A stretch of DNA of 64,000 nt from Candidatus Krumholzibacteriota bacterium (GTDB lineage: Bacteria > Krumholzibacteriota > Krumholzibacteriia > JAJRXK01), in assembly GCA_963806035.1 (NCBI GenBank), contig CAWDWO010000014.1:10905-74904 (forward strand), read 5' to 3'. This document shows, piece by piece, positions 29,941 through 41,042 of this stretch. The notes beneath the pieces were generated by a model. The model had not been told where the DNA came from and ran no database searches. It saw nothing but the letters and a program-made list of their open reading frames with translations. Numbering within the stretch: the first letter of the stretch is position 1; each line of letters opens with the position of its first letter. A program made the position numbers and the translations under genes.

Positions 29941-31191
29941 TCAGTCCTTCCGCGCCGGATAATCCACCGCTAGATAGGACAGCAGCCGCACCCCAATGAC
30001 CAGCGCGCTTTCATCGACCATGAAACGCGAGGAGTGATTGGGCGGGAAATCTTCTGGATTGGCTCCTGGAGTGCGCACGCCGAGATAGAGGAACAGACCG
30101 GGAATGACTTTTTGATAGTGAGAGAAGTCCTCGGCCCAGGTCTGCGGCCGCGTATAGACCGCATTTTCCTTGCCGACGACCGCCTGAACCGTGGCCGTCA
30201 TCTTTCGAGTCAGTTCGGGGTCGTTGAAGGTCACGGGGTTTTCGGTGACGATTTCGACATCGGCCTTCGCGCCGGCGCTCTCGGCGATGCTCTTGGCCGT
30301 GCGTTGCACTCTCTCCTGAATTGTCTTCTGCATCTCGCTGTCGAAGGTGCGAATGGTCCCGGTCATTTCGACTCGGTCGGGGATGATGTTGAAGCGCGTT
30401 CCTCCGTTGATTTCGCCGATCGTGAGCACTGCGGGCGCCACCGTGAGGTCGCTCTGCCGACTGACGATGGTCTGCAGCCCGAGCACGATCTGCGAGGCGA
30501 CGACGATGGGATCGGTTCCCAGCCAGGGCTTGGCGCCATGGGACTGCTTGCCGCGCACCACGATCTTGATACGATCGGCGCTGGCCATGATACCTTCGCT
30601 GCGAAACGCCACTTGCCCCACGTCGAAACTCGGGATCGCGTGCAGCCCGAAGATCGCTTCGGGCCGCGGGTCCTCCAATACGCCCTCTTTGATCATCAAG
30701 CCGGCCCCGCCCTCTTCCCCCTCGGGCGCGCCTTCTTCTGCCGGCTGAAAGATGAACTTCACGGTGCCGGGAATCTCCTCGCGCAGAGCGGCCAGCACCT
30801 CGGCCACCCCCATGAGGATCGCCACGTGGGTGTCGTGGCCGCAGGCGTGCATCACCCCCACCTCGTGCCCCTTGGACTGGGCGCGCTCGCTGGATGCAAA
30901 GCGGAGACCTGTTTCCTCGCTGACGGGTAGGGCGTCCATATCGGCGCGCAGCGCCACCACCGGACCCGGACGGCCGCCCTCGAGCAGTCCGACGACGCCG
31001 GTGTGCGCCACTTTCGTGCGCACGCTCAGGCCGAGCCCTTCGAGATGCTTTGCGACCATCGCCGCCGTCTTGAACTCGCGGTTCGACAGTTCGGGGTGCT
31101 GGTGGATCTGGCGGCGCCAGGCGATGACTTTCTTTTCGGTGGCCTTGGCGCGTTGATCGATTCGTTCCTCGAGCTTTCGGTCGGCCATCAT
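29941..31191 (-). CDS. M20D-family amidohydrolase
   Basis: HQHPELSNRE, LRADMDALP, MHACGHDTH, IFQPAEEG, AEDFS, NHS. Confidence 0.95.
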   Translation of the reverse strand: MMADRKLEERIDQRAKATEKKVIAWRRQIHQHPELSNREFKTAAMVAKHLEGLGLSVRTKVAHTGVVGLLEGGRPGPVVALRADMDALPVSEETGLRFASSERAQSKGHEVGVMHACGHDTHVAILMGVAEVLAALREEIPGTVKFIFQPAEEGAPEGEEGGAGLMIKEGVLEDPRPEAIFGLHAIPSFDVGQVAFRSEGIMASADRIKIVVRGKQSHGAKPWLGTDPIVVASQIVLGLQTIVSRQSDLTVAPAVLTIGEINGGTRFNIIPDRVEMTGTIRTFDSEMQKTIQERVQRTAKSIAESAGAKADVEIVTENPVTFNDPELTRKMTATVQAVVGKENAVYTRPQTWAEDFSHYQKVIPGLFLYLGVRTPGANPEDFPPNHSSRFMVDESALVIGVRLLSYLAVDYPARKD

Positions 31192-31303
31192 GTGCCTTTC
31201 GTCCGCGAAGGGGATGCAGCTGCCAGTATAGCGATGGAGGGACCTCGATCGCTAGACAAGCTGAACTGCCATCCCCCTCGGGGACTTGGACACACGAAAA
31301 CTC

Positions 31304-34300
31304 CTACTTCACCAGCGTGATCTTCCTACGCTCCTCGGCCCCGTTGGCGGAGAATCGAACCAGGTAGACACCGCTGGCCACGTGGAGTCCGCTCTCGTCG
31401 AGTCCGTTCCACATAAGCTGGTGCCGGCCGGCCGGATAATCGACGGAGGCCAGACTGCGCACGAGGCGTCCGTGCAGATCATAGATTCCCAACGACACAT
31501 GGGCGGACTTCTCCAGATCGAAGGTGATCTGAGTCTGCGGATTGAAGGGGTTCGGAACGATGCTGACGAGTTGTGTGCGGCTTCTCGCCGTGCTCGGAGG
31601 AGCATCGGTGATCGAGTCGAACACCAGCTGATAATCAGCTACATCGGCCAGCGATGTGGCGTCCCTCTTGTACACGGCAATGCAGTAGTTTCCCGGCGTG
31701 GGAATCGCGCACACCACATTCTCGTCGGCGCCCGGCGGGGCGATGTACGCGGTGCCGTCAGGGATCGCGTCGATGCGTCCCTGCGCCCCCGCGCTCTCCC
31801 CGGATTTGTAGATCGAGACTCCGAGATCAGCGGTTGCGCTGAGATTCTTCAATCGCAACCACAGGGCTGGCGTATTCAAGTCGACCTCGTGAAGATTGAG
31901 CATCTCGTTCGCGCCGAGCTGGAAGGTCCCGTAGGTCCCACTGGGATCGTTCGCGAGATAGGTAGACTTCACCACCTCGATCACGTTGTCCTCGCTGCCA
32001 CCGGCGCTACTGAGTCCGACGTCGAACTGCGAGCCGTTCTGCAGTGGCAATTCCAGAAGACAGAACTCGGGCTCGCCCAGACTGAATCCCGAGAACGCGA
32101 TGGGCAGGCCAAACGAAGCGTTGACGTCGTACACCGCGGTGTGCAGGCGCAGGGTCACGTCGCTGCTCGCTCCGGGCATCACTGCCACTGCGCCCCACTT
32201 GTCCGCCGGACCGAAGGCCGGAGTGCGGTAGCCATCGGCGTTGGGCCAGATCACCGTTGGATCGGACCAGTCGAGGTACGGCCAGCCCCCGTAGGGGTCG
32301 CCGGGCATGGGGATTCCCGTGTTCACCCCGAAACTCAGAGTCTGTGGCGTCCACGCCCACTGGCGGGAGGTGTTGTTGTTGAGTTCGGAGATTTCCTCGA
32401 TGTCATCGAGTACATCGATGTACATGGAGATGGTGTGTCGTCCGCCCCGAAGCTCGTAGGGGCCGAGATTCTCCGCGGCGGCGGGATCGCCGGCAGGCAG
32501 CTCGAATGCCATCAGTCCAGTGAGGAAGCTACCGTCGAGTTCCATGTCGACCTCGAAACTGGGCGTGGCCAGTGTCGGCCCTGCGTTTTCGAGCGCGAGA
32601 TTCAGGTAAGTGGTGTTCGTCCAACCCGTCAATGAAACCGGGTCGGGGGCACTTCCCGCCGTCGCATCGGCGGCATTGCGCGCGACGATCGAGCCGCCCC
32701 AGCCCGTGGGTTGCAATGGCACGAGGTCGGGTGGTGTGGTGTCGATCTCGATGAGATAGTCCTCGCTTTCGATCGCGCCATCTCTGGGGTCCCGATAGAC
32801 GACCAGACAGTGATAGCCGGCGGTCGGTACGTTCACGTCCAGACGGGACACGCCGGTTTCGTCACTTCCCGCAGCCTCGGTGTAGTCGTCCAAGCCTCCC
32901 GTGGTGAAGCTCTGATCCAGCCACGCAATGTGAAAGGGCGCGTCGGTCGAGGTGAGGCAGCGCACCACGAAACTCACCGGGCCGACATTGCCTGAATCGA
33001 TCTGCACTTCGTGCAGCGACATGTACTCGTACTGCGTCATGGTGAACGTCCGCTGCACCCCAAAAGTCTCCAGAGTACTGGAGACGTGCCGGGCCTCGTA
33101 ACTGGCCAGAGAAGTCTCGTCGCTGGCCTGTACCACACCCACGTCCCAGCTCGAGTTCCCCACCTGATTGCGGTTGGCGATCACGGCGTCGACGCAGTCC
33201 ACCGGACGGCCGCTGTAGCCCACGCTGGAGGCAAATCCGCTTTCAGCGCCGCTTGCGGCCACGTGCAGGCGCGCGTCGTAGTCGACGTCGCGGACATTGG
33301 CCACGACGGTCACCGCATTCCACCAGCCCGGCCCGTCGGCGTGGAAGTTCAATCCATCGCAGTTGAACCAGGTGTTGCTGACCGATCCGTCCCAGCCTCC
33401 CGTCCGCGCCGGTGGTGCAGCCCGTGAAGTCGACCCTCCCTCGGGTAGCACGTAGGGCGACCAGATCCACTGCCGGCCCCAGTAGTTGTCAGTTTCGTCG
33501 GACTCGGCGGCCAGACCGGTGAAGTCGTTATAAGCGCCGAAGGTGTGGCGGCCCCCACGCACGGTCAAAGGTCCCAGATTCAGCGCCTCGTACTTGGCGC
33601 CTCCCGCAAGATTCGGAATCGCGGCGGCATGCTCGACCGGATCGAAGGGGTTGTAGAAGCCGATGCCGTCGGCCTGCACCCACAGACCCGTGCTGGTACC
33701 GACTGCCGCGCCGCCGACGTTACCCACGGACGCGTTCCAATAGGTGCCCTGGGTATTTCCCGGGAGCACCGCCGTGGGAACGGGGACGTTGCCCGGCGCA
33801 GCCGTGGCGTCGGCTCGCGGGGTAACCCAGGCGCCCCAACCCGACTGGTAGACGTGCGTGAGGTTGGCCGGCGTGGGCTCCCCGATGATGATGGGACCCA
33901 CGCTGTCGTAGCCGCTATCCCAGTTGTTCGAGGCGTCCGCCGATCGAATGGAGATGTAGTAGGTTCCCGCCGAGAGCTCTGGCGTGGTCCACATCGTCAC
34001 CCCCCGCACTTCGGCGTCCGTGTCGGGCAGGGTCGGCCCCGGCCCTATTACCAGGGAGTACTTCCAGGCGGTCTCGCAGTCGTCGGGCGGTGCCGTCCAG
34101 TCCAGATCGACCGTGGCATCGGTCGAGGCCACGCCGATCGTATGGCTGGTCGAGTGCAGGTCGGACACCGTGGCCGGCGGTGCCCCATCGATCCCATAGC
34201 CGTTCTGCTGCGCGGTGAGGGTGATCTCGGTACACAGCTCGGGATAGGCCGCGCGAATTTCGTCGAAGAAATCATAGGGATCGTTCATCGCCGTGTTGTC

Positions 34301-35416
34301 GAAGATGTCCAAGATGGGCCCCGGTCCCATCGACAGAGCGTCCCAGAATTCGGGCGTGAGTACGCTGTGCTCGTTGTGGCTGTCGGAGATGTCCGTCAAC
34401 AGGGCCGCGAACAAGCCGGGCGTTTCCCATTGGGTTTGGGTGGTTTCCGTGCAGTCCTGCGTGTATTCGTAGCTTGTATAGGTCAAAGGGCGATCGCCGT
34501 AGCGTGTTTCGAACTCGCCCACGATCTGCGATGCGGCCCACATGGTGAAGCCGCGATGCCACGCGAGAGTTTGACTCTCCGGGCACCAGTCGCAGTAGCC
34601 ACAACCTCTGATAGAAGAAGAAGCTACATAGGTATCTGCAAAATTTTCATCATCGCACACGCCATTGCAGCCATCTGAGTATCCGAATCGGTACCCGCCG
34701 TTGTTGACCTGCCAGAGATCAGCGAAGAGCTGAGCGATTTCCATGTCATTCCATCGATCCGCGTAGGACAGCTCGATCTCGCCATCGGGAATCGTCGGCC
34801 CGGTGTCGAAAACGAGAAATTCGGAATGGTGATCGTATTCAGGGTCAAGGAGATAGGGAATGTTGAGTGGGTTCCAGAAGCTGTCCACTCCAGAATGATT
34901 GATGATGGGATGACCATGCTCCTCGAACCATCGTGCAGCTCTCATCCAGATGTTGAGCCGATGCGCATAGGGGGCCCAGTAATCGTCCGTCAAATTGATG
35001 ACGCCAAAGTCAATCGTGCCCCCGAGGAAGTCGGGCACCACCGCCGTTTGAACAACCCTGTCATTAATGCCGCCATACGAGCTGTGAATTTCGATGCGAA
35101 CATCGGGGGAAGGATCACAGAGAAAAGTGTCCGGCTCGTAGGTGCCGGTGAAATCAAAGTATCCGAACTGATCAGTAAATGCGGATGCGAAAGGCCCGTC
35201 CGCACAGAGATCGGGGCCATTGGCCACTTCCCAGAGCATGACCTCTATGTGTTCCGCCCCCACCAGCTCTCCGCGCGGGTTCTGGTACACGACGCGCCCG
35301 GTGGCGCGGATCTCGATGGGCGTTTTGAGAGCGGCAGAGTCTGCATCGTCTGCCGCACGGGCGCCGAGCGGTATGAGGAACAGTAGGGCCAGAAGCAGGA
35401 GTGTCAGGCTTCGCAT
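31304..35416 (-). CDS. Very large secreted protein: metallopeptidase-like N-domain (apparently degenerate), FN3, two CARDB-like repeats, FlgD-Ig tail
   Basis: Signal peptide; duplicated 'P.GW...R..ADA...P...L.G....TY.N' and 'GGRHT....D....E..E.NN..RQW.W.P' modules; PNPFNPQT...RKITLVK. Confidence 0.8.
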   Translation of the reverse strand: MRSLTLLLLALLFLIPLGARAADDADSAALKTPIEIRATGRVVYQNPRGELVGAEHIEVMLWEVANGPDLCADGPFASAFTDQFGYFDFTGTYEPDTFLCDPSPDVRIEIHSSYGGINDRVVQTAVVPDFLGGTIDFGVINLTDDYWAPYAHRLNIWMRAARWFEEHGHPIINHSGVDSFWNPLNIPYLLDPEYDHHSEFLVFDTGPTIPDGEIELSYADRWNDMEIAQLFADLWQVNNGGYRFGYSDGCNGVCDDENFADTYVASSSIRGCGYCDWCPESQTLAWHRGFTMWAASQIVGEFETRYGDRPLTYTSYEYTQDCTETTQTQWETPGLFAALLTDISDSHNEHSVLTPEFWDALSMGPGPILDIFDNTAMNDPYDFFDEIRAAYPELCTEITLTAQQNGYGIDGAPPATVSDLHSTSHTIGVASTDATVDLDWTAPPDDCETAWKYSLVIGPGPTLPDTDAEVRGVTMWTTPELSAGTYYISIRSADASNNWDSGYDSVGPIIIGEPTPANLTHVYQSGWGAWVTPRADATAAPGNVPVPTAVLPGNTQGTYWNASVGNVGGAAVGTSTGLWVQADGIGFYNPFDPVEHAAAIPNLAGGAKYEALNLGPLTVRGGRHTFGAYNDFTGLAAESDETDNYWGRQWIWSPYVLPEGGSTSRAAPPARTGGWDGSVSNTWFNCDGLNFHADGPGWWNAVTVVANVRDVDYDARLHVAASGAESGFASSVGYSGRPVDCVDAVIANRNQVGNSSWDVGVVQASDETSLASYEARHVSSTLETFGVQRTFTMTQYEYMSLHEVQIDSGNVGPVSFVVRCLTSTDAPFHIAWLDQSFTTGGLDDYTEAAGSDETGVSRLDVNVPTAGYHCLVVYRDPRDGAIESEDYLIEIDTTPPDLVPLQPTGWGGSIVARNAADATAGSAPDPVSLTGWTNTTYLNLALENAGPTLATPSFEVDMELDGSFLTGLMAFELPAGDPAAAENLGPYELRGGRHTISMYIDVLDDIEEISELNNNTSRQWAWTPQTLSFGVNTGIPMPGDPYGGWPYLDWSDPTVIWPNADGYRTPAFGPADKWGAVAVMPGASSDVTLRLHTAVYDVNASFGLPIAFSGFSLGEPEFCLLELPLQNGSQFDVGLSSAGGSEDNVIEVVKSTYLANDPSGTYGTFQLGANEMLNLHEVDLNTPALWLRLKNLSATADLGVSIYKSGESAGAQGRIDAIPDGTAYIAPPGADENVVCAIPTPGNYCIAVYKRDATSLADVADYQLVFDSITDAPPSTARSRTQLVSIVPNPFNPQTQITFDLEKSAHVSLGIYDLHGRLVRSLASVDYPAGRHQLMWNGLDESGLHVASGVYLVRFSANGAEERRKITLVK

Positions 35417-35878
35417 CACTGGCCCCCGTTGCCGTCGCTGGACTGCGTGCGCTGGACCGGCCCCAACACGCCTTCACGGGCATCGATCTGCTTGAGGATG
35501 CCCTCGAGCTTGGCGACCTTGTCAGTCTGGTCCCTCCGTGCGCGCGAACTCGAGTTGCGCCTTCAGCAAGGCGATCTCGGTACCCTGCTTCAGCACATGC
35601 ATCTCGCGCTGAATCTGCAGGGCCTCGGCGTCGCTACTGGCCGCGTCATAACGCTCTTGCAGCTCCTTGAGCTTGCTCGCGCGCTCATCGAGAATCTTGC
35701 GAATCACCCGCTGCCGTGGCGTCAGCTTTTCGAGGGGCATCTCGGTGAAGCTGGGCCGTTCGATCTTCTTTGCCCGCGCGGCGGTGGGCTCCAGTTGGGC
35801 CCGTTCTTCTGCCGAAACCAGCGCGGCGAGGGCAAGGCATACGACCAGAATGGCAAGGATGAGGGACTTGGACGCCAT
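35416..35878 (-). CDS. Small exported coiled-coil protein; probable frameshift near 35530
   Basis: CAGGAG RBS, signal peptide; removing one C continues the frame as QTDKVAKLEGILKQ...GGQ* and ends in a TGATG overlap with the next gene. Confidence 0.7.
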
Positions 35879-36126
35879 GGGGCTTCTCCTGAGTTGGGGG
35901 GATCGTCAGGAGGGTCGATGGCGGCGGGAAAGTGTGACCCGATCGTGGTGTGGGTCCCAGCTTTCGCTATGGTGTGTGCCAGGAGAATTCTTCAGCGAGT
36001 AGTTTTAGGATCTGAAGATCCGGAGATGATATACTGCCACTCGGAGTTCCTAAAGAGCGACAGGAAACACCTTCTGTGATTTTCGAAGTGCGACGACAGA
36101 GAGTTCTCTATCAGAGAGCTATATAT

Positions 36127-37860
36127 ATGGTTCGGTGGCTTGGGATCGTCAGTGCGACGGTGGGCCTCATCTCCTTGCTGTCCGCCGGATCCAGCCGTGC
36201 CGCGGTGAAGGTCGAACTCGAGGGACTCACCGGCGAACTGCGCGATAATGCGCGCGCCACCCTGTCCATCCTGCAGGCCAAGAGAGATGCCCCGGAAGCG
36301 CGCATTCGCTTCCTGCACTCCCGCGCGGAGGACGAAATTCGCGAGGCGCTCCAGCCCTTCGGCTACTACCAACCCGTCATCAGCTCTTCGCTCAAAGCCG
36401 ACGGCGACAACTGGAAGGCGCGCTACGTGGTCGATCGGGGACCGCAGGTCCACGTCGCCAGCGTGGACGTGCGGGTCTTGGGGGCCGGCGCCGCGGATTC
36501 CAGTTTCGTGGCGCTGGCGAAGGCCTTTCCGCTCGCCAAGGGTGACCCACTCCATGACGCCGACTACGAGCGCGGGAAGTCGCAGCTTCTGAACTACGCT
36601 TCCAACCACGGCTACTTCGACGCGGCCTTTGACAGCGCCGCCGTCCTCGTCACCCTCGCCACGCAGCAGGCCGCGATCGTCGTGCATCTTGATTCCGGTC
36701 CGCGCTATCTCTTTGGGCCGGTGACCGTGCACCAGGACGTTCTCTCAGATCGCATGGTCGAGGGTTACGTCACGATGAAGCCGGGCGACCCTTACGAGGT
36801 GGCGCCTCTGCGCAACATGCAAAATGGCCTGAGTACCGGCCCCTACTTCTCGACGGTGGAGATCCGTCCTGAGGTCGATGAGGCCGACTCGCTGCGCGTG
36901 CCCGTCGATGTGCTTTTGACCCCATCCAGGACTCAGAGTTGGGAGTTCGGCCTGGGCTACGGCACCGACACCGGCGTGCGTGGTACGGCGGCCGCGCGGT
37001 GGCGGCGTCTCAACCGCCGCGGTCATCACGCCGAAGCACGGGTGCAGGCATCGCAAATCGAATACTCCGCCTCGGGTCAGTACTTCATTCCCTGGCCCTA
37101 CCCCAGTACCCGCCTGCTCTCCTTCTTCGGGGGCGTCGGTTACTTGTCCCCGGACTGGAGTAAGAGCTGGCGCGTCGCGTTGGGTTCGAGTTTCGCGCAC
37201 TCGCGCTGGGGCTGGCGTGAGGTCCTCTCGCTCGCCTACGAGCACGAGGACTTCACGATTGCCCAGCAGGACGGGATTTCGAACCTGGTGCTTCCGGAAG
37301 TGAGCTGGACTCGCATCCGCGCCGACGCTCCGGTGGTTCCAAGCAACGGAAGCCGATTACGGCTGGACCTCAAGGGTGCGCACGAATCCCTACTCTCCTC
37401 GGCTTCGTTTGTGCAGCTGCGGGCTGAGGGCAAGCTGATCCACACCCTCGTGCCGCGCGTGCGGCTGATCGCGCGTGGCACCGCGGCGCGCACCTTCACC
37501 AGCAGCTTCAGCAAGCTTCCGCCCACTCTGCGCTTCGTGACCGGCGGCGGACACACGGTACGCGGCTACCGCTATCAATCTCTGGGACCCTCCAACGCCG
37601 ACGGTGAGATCGTCGGTGGCAACTCCCTTGTCATCGCCAGCAGCGAGTTGGAACTCCGTTTTCTCAAAAACTGGGGCGTGGCGAGCTTCGTCGATGCGGG
37701 GAACGCTTTCGATGATTTCACGGGCCATCTCTCCGTGGGCAGCGGCATCGGCCTGCGCTGGTTCTCACCCATCGGCATCGTGCGTCTGGACGGCGCGTTC
37801 GGGTTGAGCGAGCCCGGCCATCCCTTTCGCGTGCACATCTCGATCGGACCTGACCTATGA
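36127..37860 (+). CDS. tamA: Translocation and assembly module outer-membrane subunit TamA
   Basis: ALQPFGYY.P, POTRA-like domains, GYGTDTG.RG, TVRGY.YQSLGP, GIGLRWFSPIG, HISIGPDL. Confidence 0.93.
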   Translation: MVRWLGIVSATVGLISLLSAGSSRAAVKVELEGLTGELRDNARATLSILQAKRDAPEARIRFLHSRAEDEIREALQPFGYYQPVISSSLKADGDNWKARYVVDRGPQVHVASVDVRVLGAGAADSSFVALAKAFPLAKGDPLHDADYERGKSQLLNYASNHGYFDAAFDSAAVLVTLATQQAAIVVHLDSGPRYLFGPVTVHQDVLSDRMVEGYVTMKPGDPYEVAPLRNMQNGLSTGPYFSTVEIRPEVDEADSLRVPVDVLLTPSRTQSWEFGLGYGTDTGVRGTAAARWRRLNRRGHHAEARVQASQIEYSASGQYFIPWPYPSTRLLSFFGGVGYLSPDWSKSWRVALGSSFAHSRWGWREVLSLAYEHEDFTIAQQDGISNLVLPEVSWTRIRADAPVVPSNGSRLRLDLKGAHESLLSSASFVQLRAEGKLIHTLVPRVRLIARGTAARTFTSSFSKLPPTLRFVTGGGHTVRGYRYQSLGPSNADGEIVGGNSLVIASSELELRFLKNWGVASFVDAGNAFDDFTGHLSVGSGIGLRWFSPIGIVRLDGAFGLSEPGHPFRVHISIGPDL

Positions 37861-40800
37861 GATGGCACTGGCGCACACCCCGCTTTTGGCTGAAGTCTGC
37901 ACTGATCTTCATCGGCGTGATCTTCCTCTTCGTGGTCTTCCTCTTCGCGACAACCCCCGGCGCACGCTTGGTCATCTCACTGGCCTTGAAGCGCGTACCC
38001 GGAGAGATCTCCATCGCCAAGATCGAAGGGAGACTCGCGGGACGGCTCAGCCTGCACGAGCTTCAGCTAGTCACCCCCTCGGCCACGATCGAAGTGGGTC
38101 TTTTGCAAGTGAACTGGCTGCCGAATCAGCTCCTCGCAAAACGTCTGCACATCCAGCGACTTTGGGTCGAAGACGTCTCCGTCCACATGCAGCCCGCCCC
38201 TTCGGACACGACTTCATCGAAGTCACCCTCACCGCTCTCGCCCTTCGCCCCCCCAAAGCTCCCATTTACGATCATCGTCGATACGGCGCACATCGCGCAG
38301 GTGCACATGTTGCTGGAAGATGGGCTCGAGGTCTCAAATCTGCGCCTGACCATTCATGGCCGTCCGGAGGACTACCGGTTGCAGCTCGCGAGTCATCTGG
38401 CGGCGAAATATGCTCCAGCGGCCGACCTGACCCTGCAGGCCCACGGGGACCTCTCGGAACTCGCGATCGATCCGCTCGAGCTGCGAACCGGGAAAGGCAT
38501 GATCACCGCGCGTGCCCACGCCGCATGGTACCCCCAGATCAACTGGCAGGCTCAAATTCGCGCCGATAGCCTCGCCGTGGGCCAGTTCACGACGAAACCC
38601 GAGCAGTGGCCCGGAATTTTGAATGCCGCCTTGAGCACCGAGGGCCATCTCGACAAAACGGGCACGCCCGTGGGTTGGGCCACGCTGGACAGCTTGGGCG
38701 GCACGATGCGCGATGAGGCAGTGAGTGGGCACGGGCGCATCGAATACAGCGGACTTGCGAACTCCAATCTCACCCTGAACTTGCGCTGGGCGAACTTCCT
38801 GACGGACCTCACGGCCACACTCAGCGACAGCATCAACGCCAAACTTCGTGTGACTTGTCCGGATTTGGCATCGCTGCCGATCCGCGGCACGGGCAGCATC
38901 GAGCTGAATGCGAATGTCCAAGGTCCTTTGCGCACGCCGCAGGGGACGGCCACCCTCCGTGCCGATTCCTTGCTCCTGTCCGCTCAAAAGCTCGCGGCAT
39001 CCCGGGTGGCAGCAAAACTCGCATTCGATCTGGCGGACGAGGGCAAGGGGAGCGTCGAGAGCGAGATCCTGGGCCTTGATGCGGGTGGGGCGGCGGTCGA
39101 CACGCTCCGCTTGAGGGCTCAGGGTACGCGCGCCCATCAACGGGCGCATCTCGACTTTAGCCGTCCGAATTTGCGCGGTGTCGTTGCCATGGCGGGGAGT
39201 CTCGCCCCTGACTCGCTCAGCTGGTCAGGAAGTGTCGACACCCTGCAACTTGCCAACCCCCAGCTCGGCGTCTGGCATCTCGAGCGGCCAGTGCGGGTCA
39301 TGGCCGGCAGGACGGCCGCCTCCCTGGACAGTCTGCGACTGGTCCAGGGCGATGCTGTCCTGGCGCTCGGTGGCAATTGGCAGGCGAGTGGCTGGTCGGC
39401 GTCGGGCACGCTCGACAGTGTTCCGCTGGAGCTGGTCAACGCGTGGCTGCCCGCGGAGCGATCCCTGCATGGTTTCATCGAGGCTAGCTTCCGCGCGAAG
39501 GGGACGGCGGCAGGCGAGGTCGACGGGAAACTGTCCGCGGAATTGAGCGAGACGCGGCTGCGCTTCGTGGCGGCGGACACGGCGGACAGTCTCACATTCG
39601 AGAACGCCCGCTTGCAGGCGGCCATGGGCGATTCGGGTCTGACGGCCACGCTTGGCCTGAGCGTCCACGGCGCCACGACGGACGCGCGCGTCGCGGTGAA
39701 CCGGTGATCTCTCCTTGCCGCAGTACAGCAATCTAAAAATGGATGCGCGCGCGCAGGAATTGACCGCCTCCCTGCGCGCCGACCTGCCCGATCTCGGCGT
39801 GTTCGAGGGCCTCGACCCGAAAGCCACCGGACTCGGTGGAAAGCTCACGCTCACTGCGAATGCCAGCGGCACCGTGGGGAAACCGAAGCTGCAAGGGGAG
39901 CTGCGCGCCACCGGTCTCACGATGACTGCGCCCGACTTCGGGATCACCGTTCGCGAGGGTGAGCTGATCGCCACAGGTAATCCGGAGCAGGGCTTCACGC
40001 TCAAAGGTGGTGCGCATTCGGGTGAGGGCGAGATTCACATCGAGGGACAGCTGCCGGCCAGCCCGAGCTCCAGCACCCCGGTAGAGCTGAGCGTCGTGGG
40101 GGATCGTTTTCAGCTCATGAGCACGCCCGAGATCGAGGCCCTCGTCTCTCCCGACCTGAAGCTGCGTTACGACAGCCAGCGGCTCGATGTGAAAGGAAAA
40201 GTCGCCCTGCCAAAGCTCCACGTCGAGTTGGTGGAGGTGCCCGAGACCGCGGTACGTCCCTCGCGCGACGTCATCATCGTGGGGGAAAAGGAGCAGCCGA
40301 AGGCTCCTCCGGTCGACACCTGGGTCGAGCTGCAGGTGGTACTGGGCGACGACGTCAGCTTCAAGGGCTACGGCGCTACGGCCACTCTCGAAGGTTCCGT
40401 ACAGCTGAAAGAGCATGCGCCCAAGCCGCCCGAGGTCCACGGGGATATCCGCATCCGCAAGGGTAACTACCGTGCTTACGGTCAGAACCTCACTCTCGAC
40501 GAGGGTACGATCTCCTTCGTGGGACCGGCCCAAAATCCCAATCTCCGTATGCGGGCCTACCGCACGGCGCCCGACGGCGTGATCTCTGGGGTGATGATCA
40601 GCGGCACGGCCGAGCAACCCGAGGTGCGGGTCTACTCGCAGCCGTCGATGCCCGACGTCGATGCAATCTCCTACCTCGTCACCGGTCACGCGCCCCAATC
40701 CGGCAGTGGTGGCAGACAGGTGGCCGGGGCCGCGGCTCTTTTGGGTAGCAACGTGCTCTCCAGCGCGGTGGGTTCGAAGATCGGCCTCGACGAGGCGCAG

Positions 40801-41019
40801 ATCGAGACCGGCGGCTCTCTGAACGAGGCCGCGCTGGTGGCGGGGAAGTACATCACGCCGGACCTGTTTCTTTCCTACGCGATGGGGCTTTTCGATCGCA
40901 CCAACTTGGTTCGTCTGCGTTACATTCTTTCACCGAACTGGGCGGTGCAGACCGAAACCGGCACCACCCAGGGCGCCGACGTCTTCTACAAGTTCGAACG
41001 TGGTGGACCGAGAAAGTAG
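37857..41019 (+). CDS. tamB: TamB; one frameshift at ~39700
   Basis: Overlaps tamA stop; N-terminal TM with T.PG; C-terminal YRAYGQ.L, NP.L, GKYITPDL, GADVFYKFE; an extra A at 39699-39700 splits the ORF. Confidence 0.9.
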
Positions 41020-41042
41020 GACGGTTGACACTGGTGGTCACG

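Noticed and set aside
35965..35981. Sigma54 promoter on the minus strand (TGGCAC...AGCG)
   Set aside because: GG-to-GC spacing is 11 rather than the required 10
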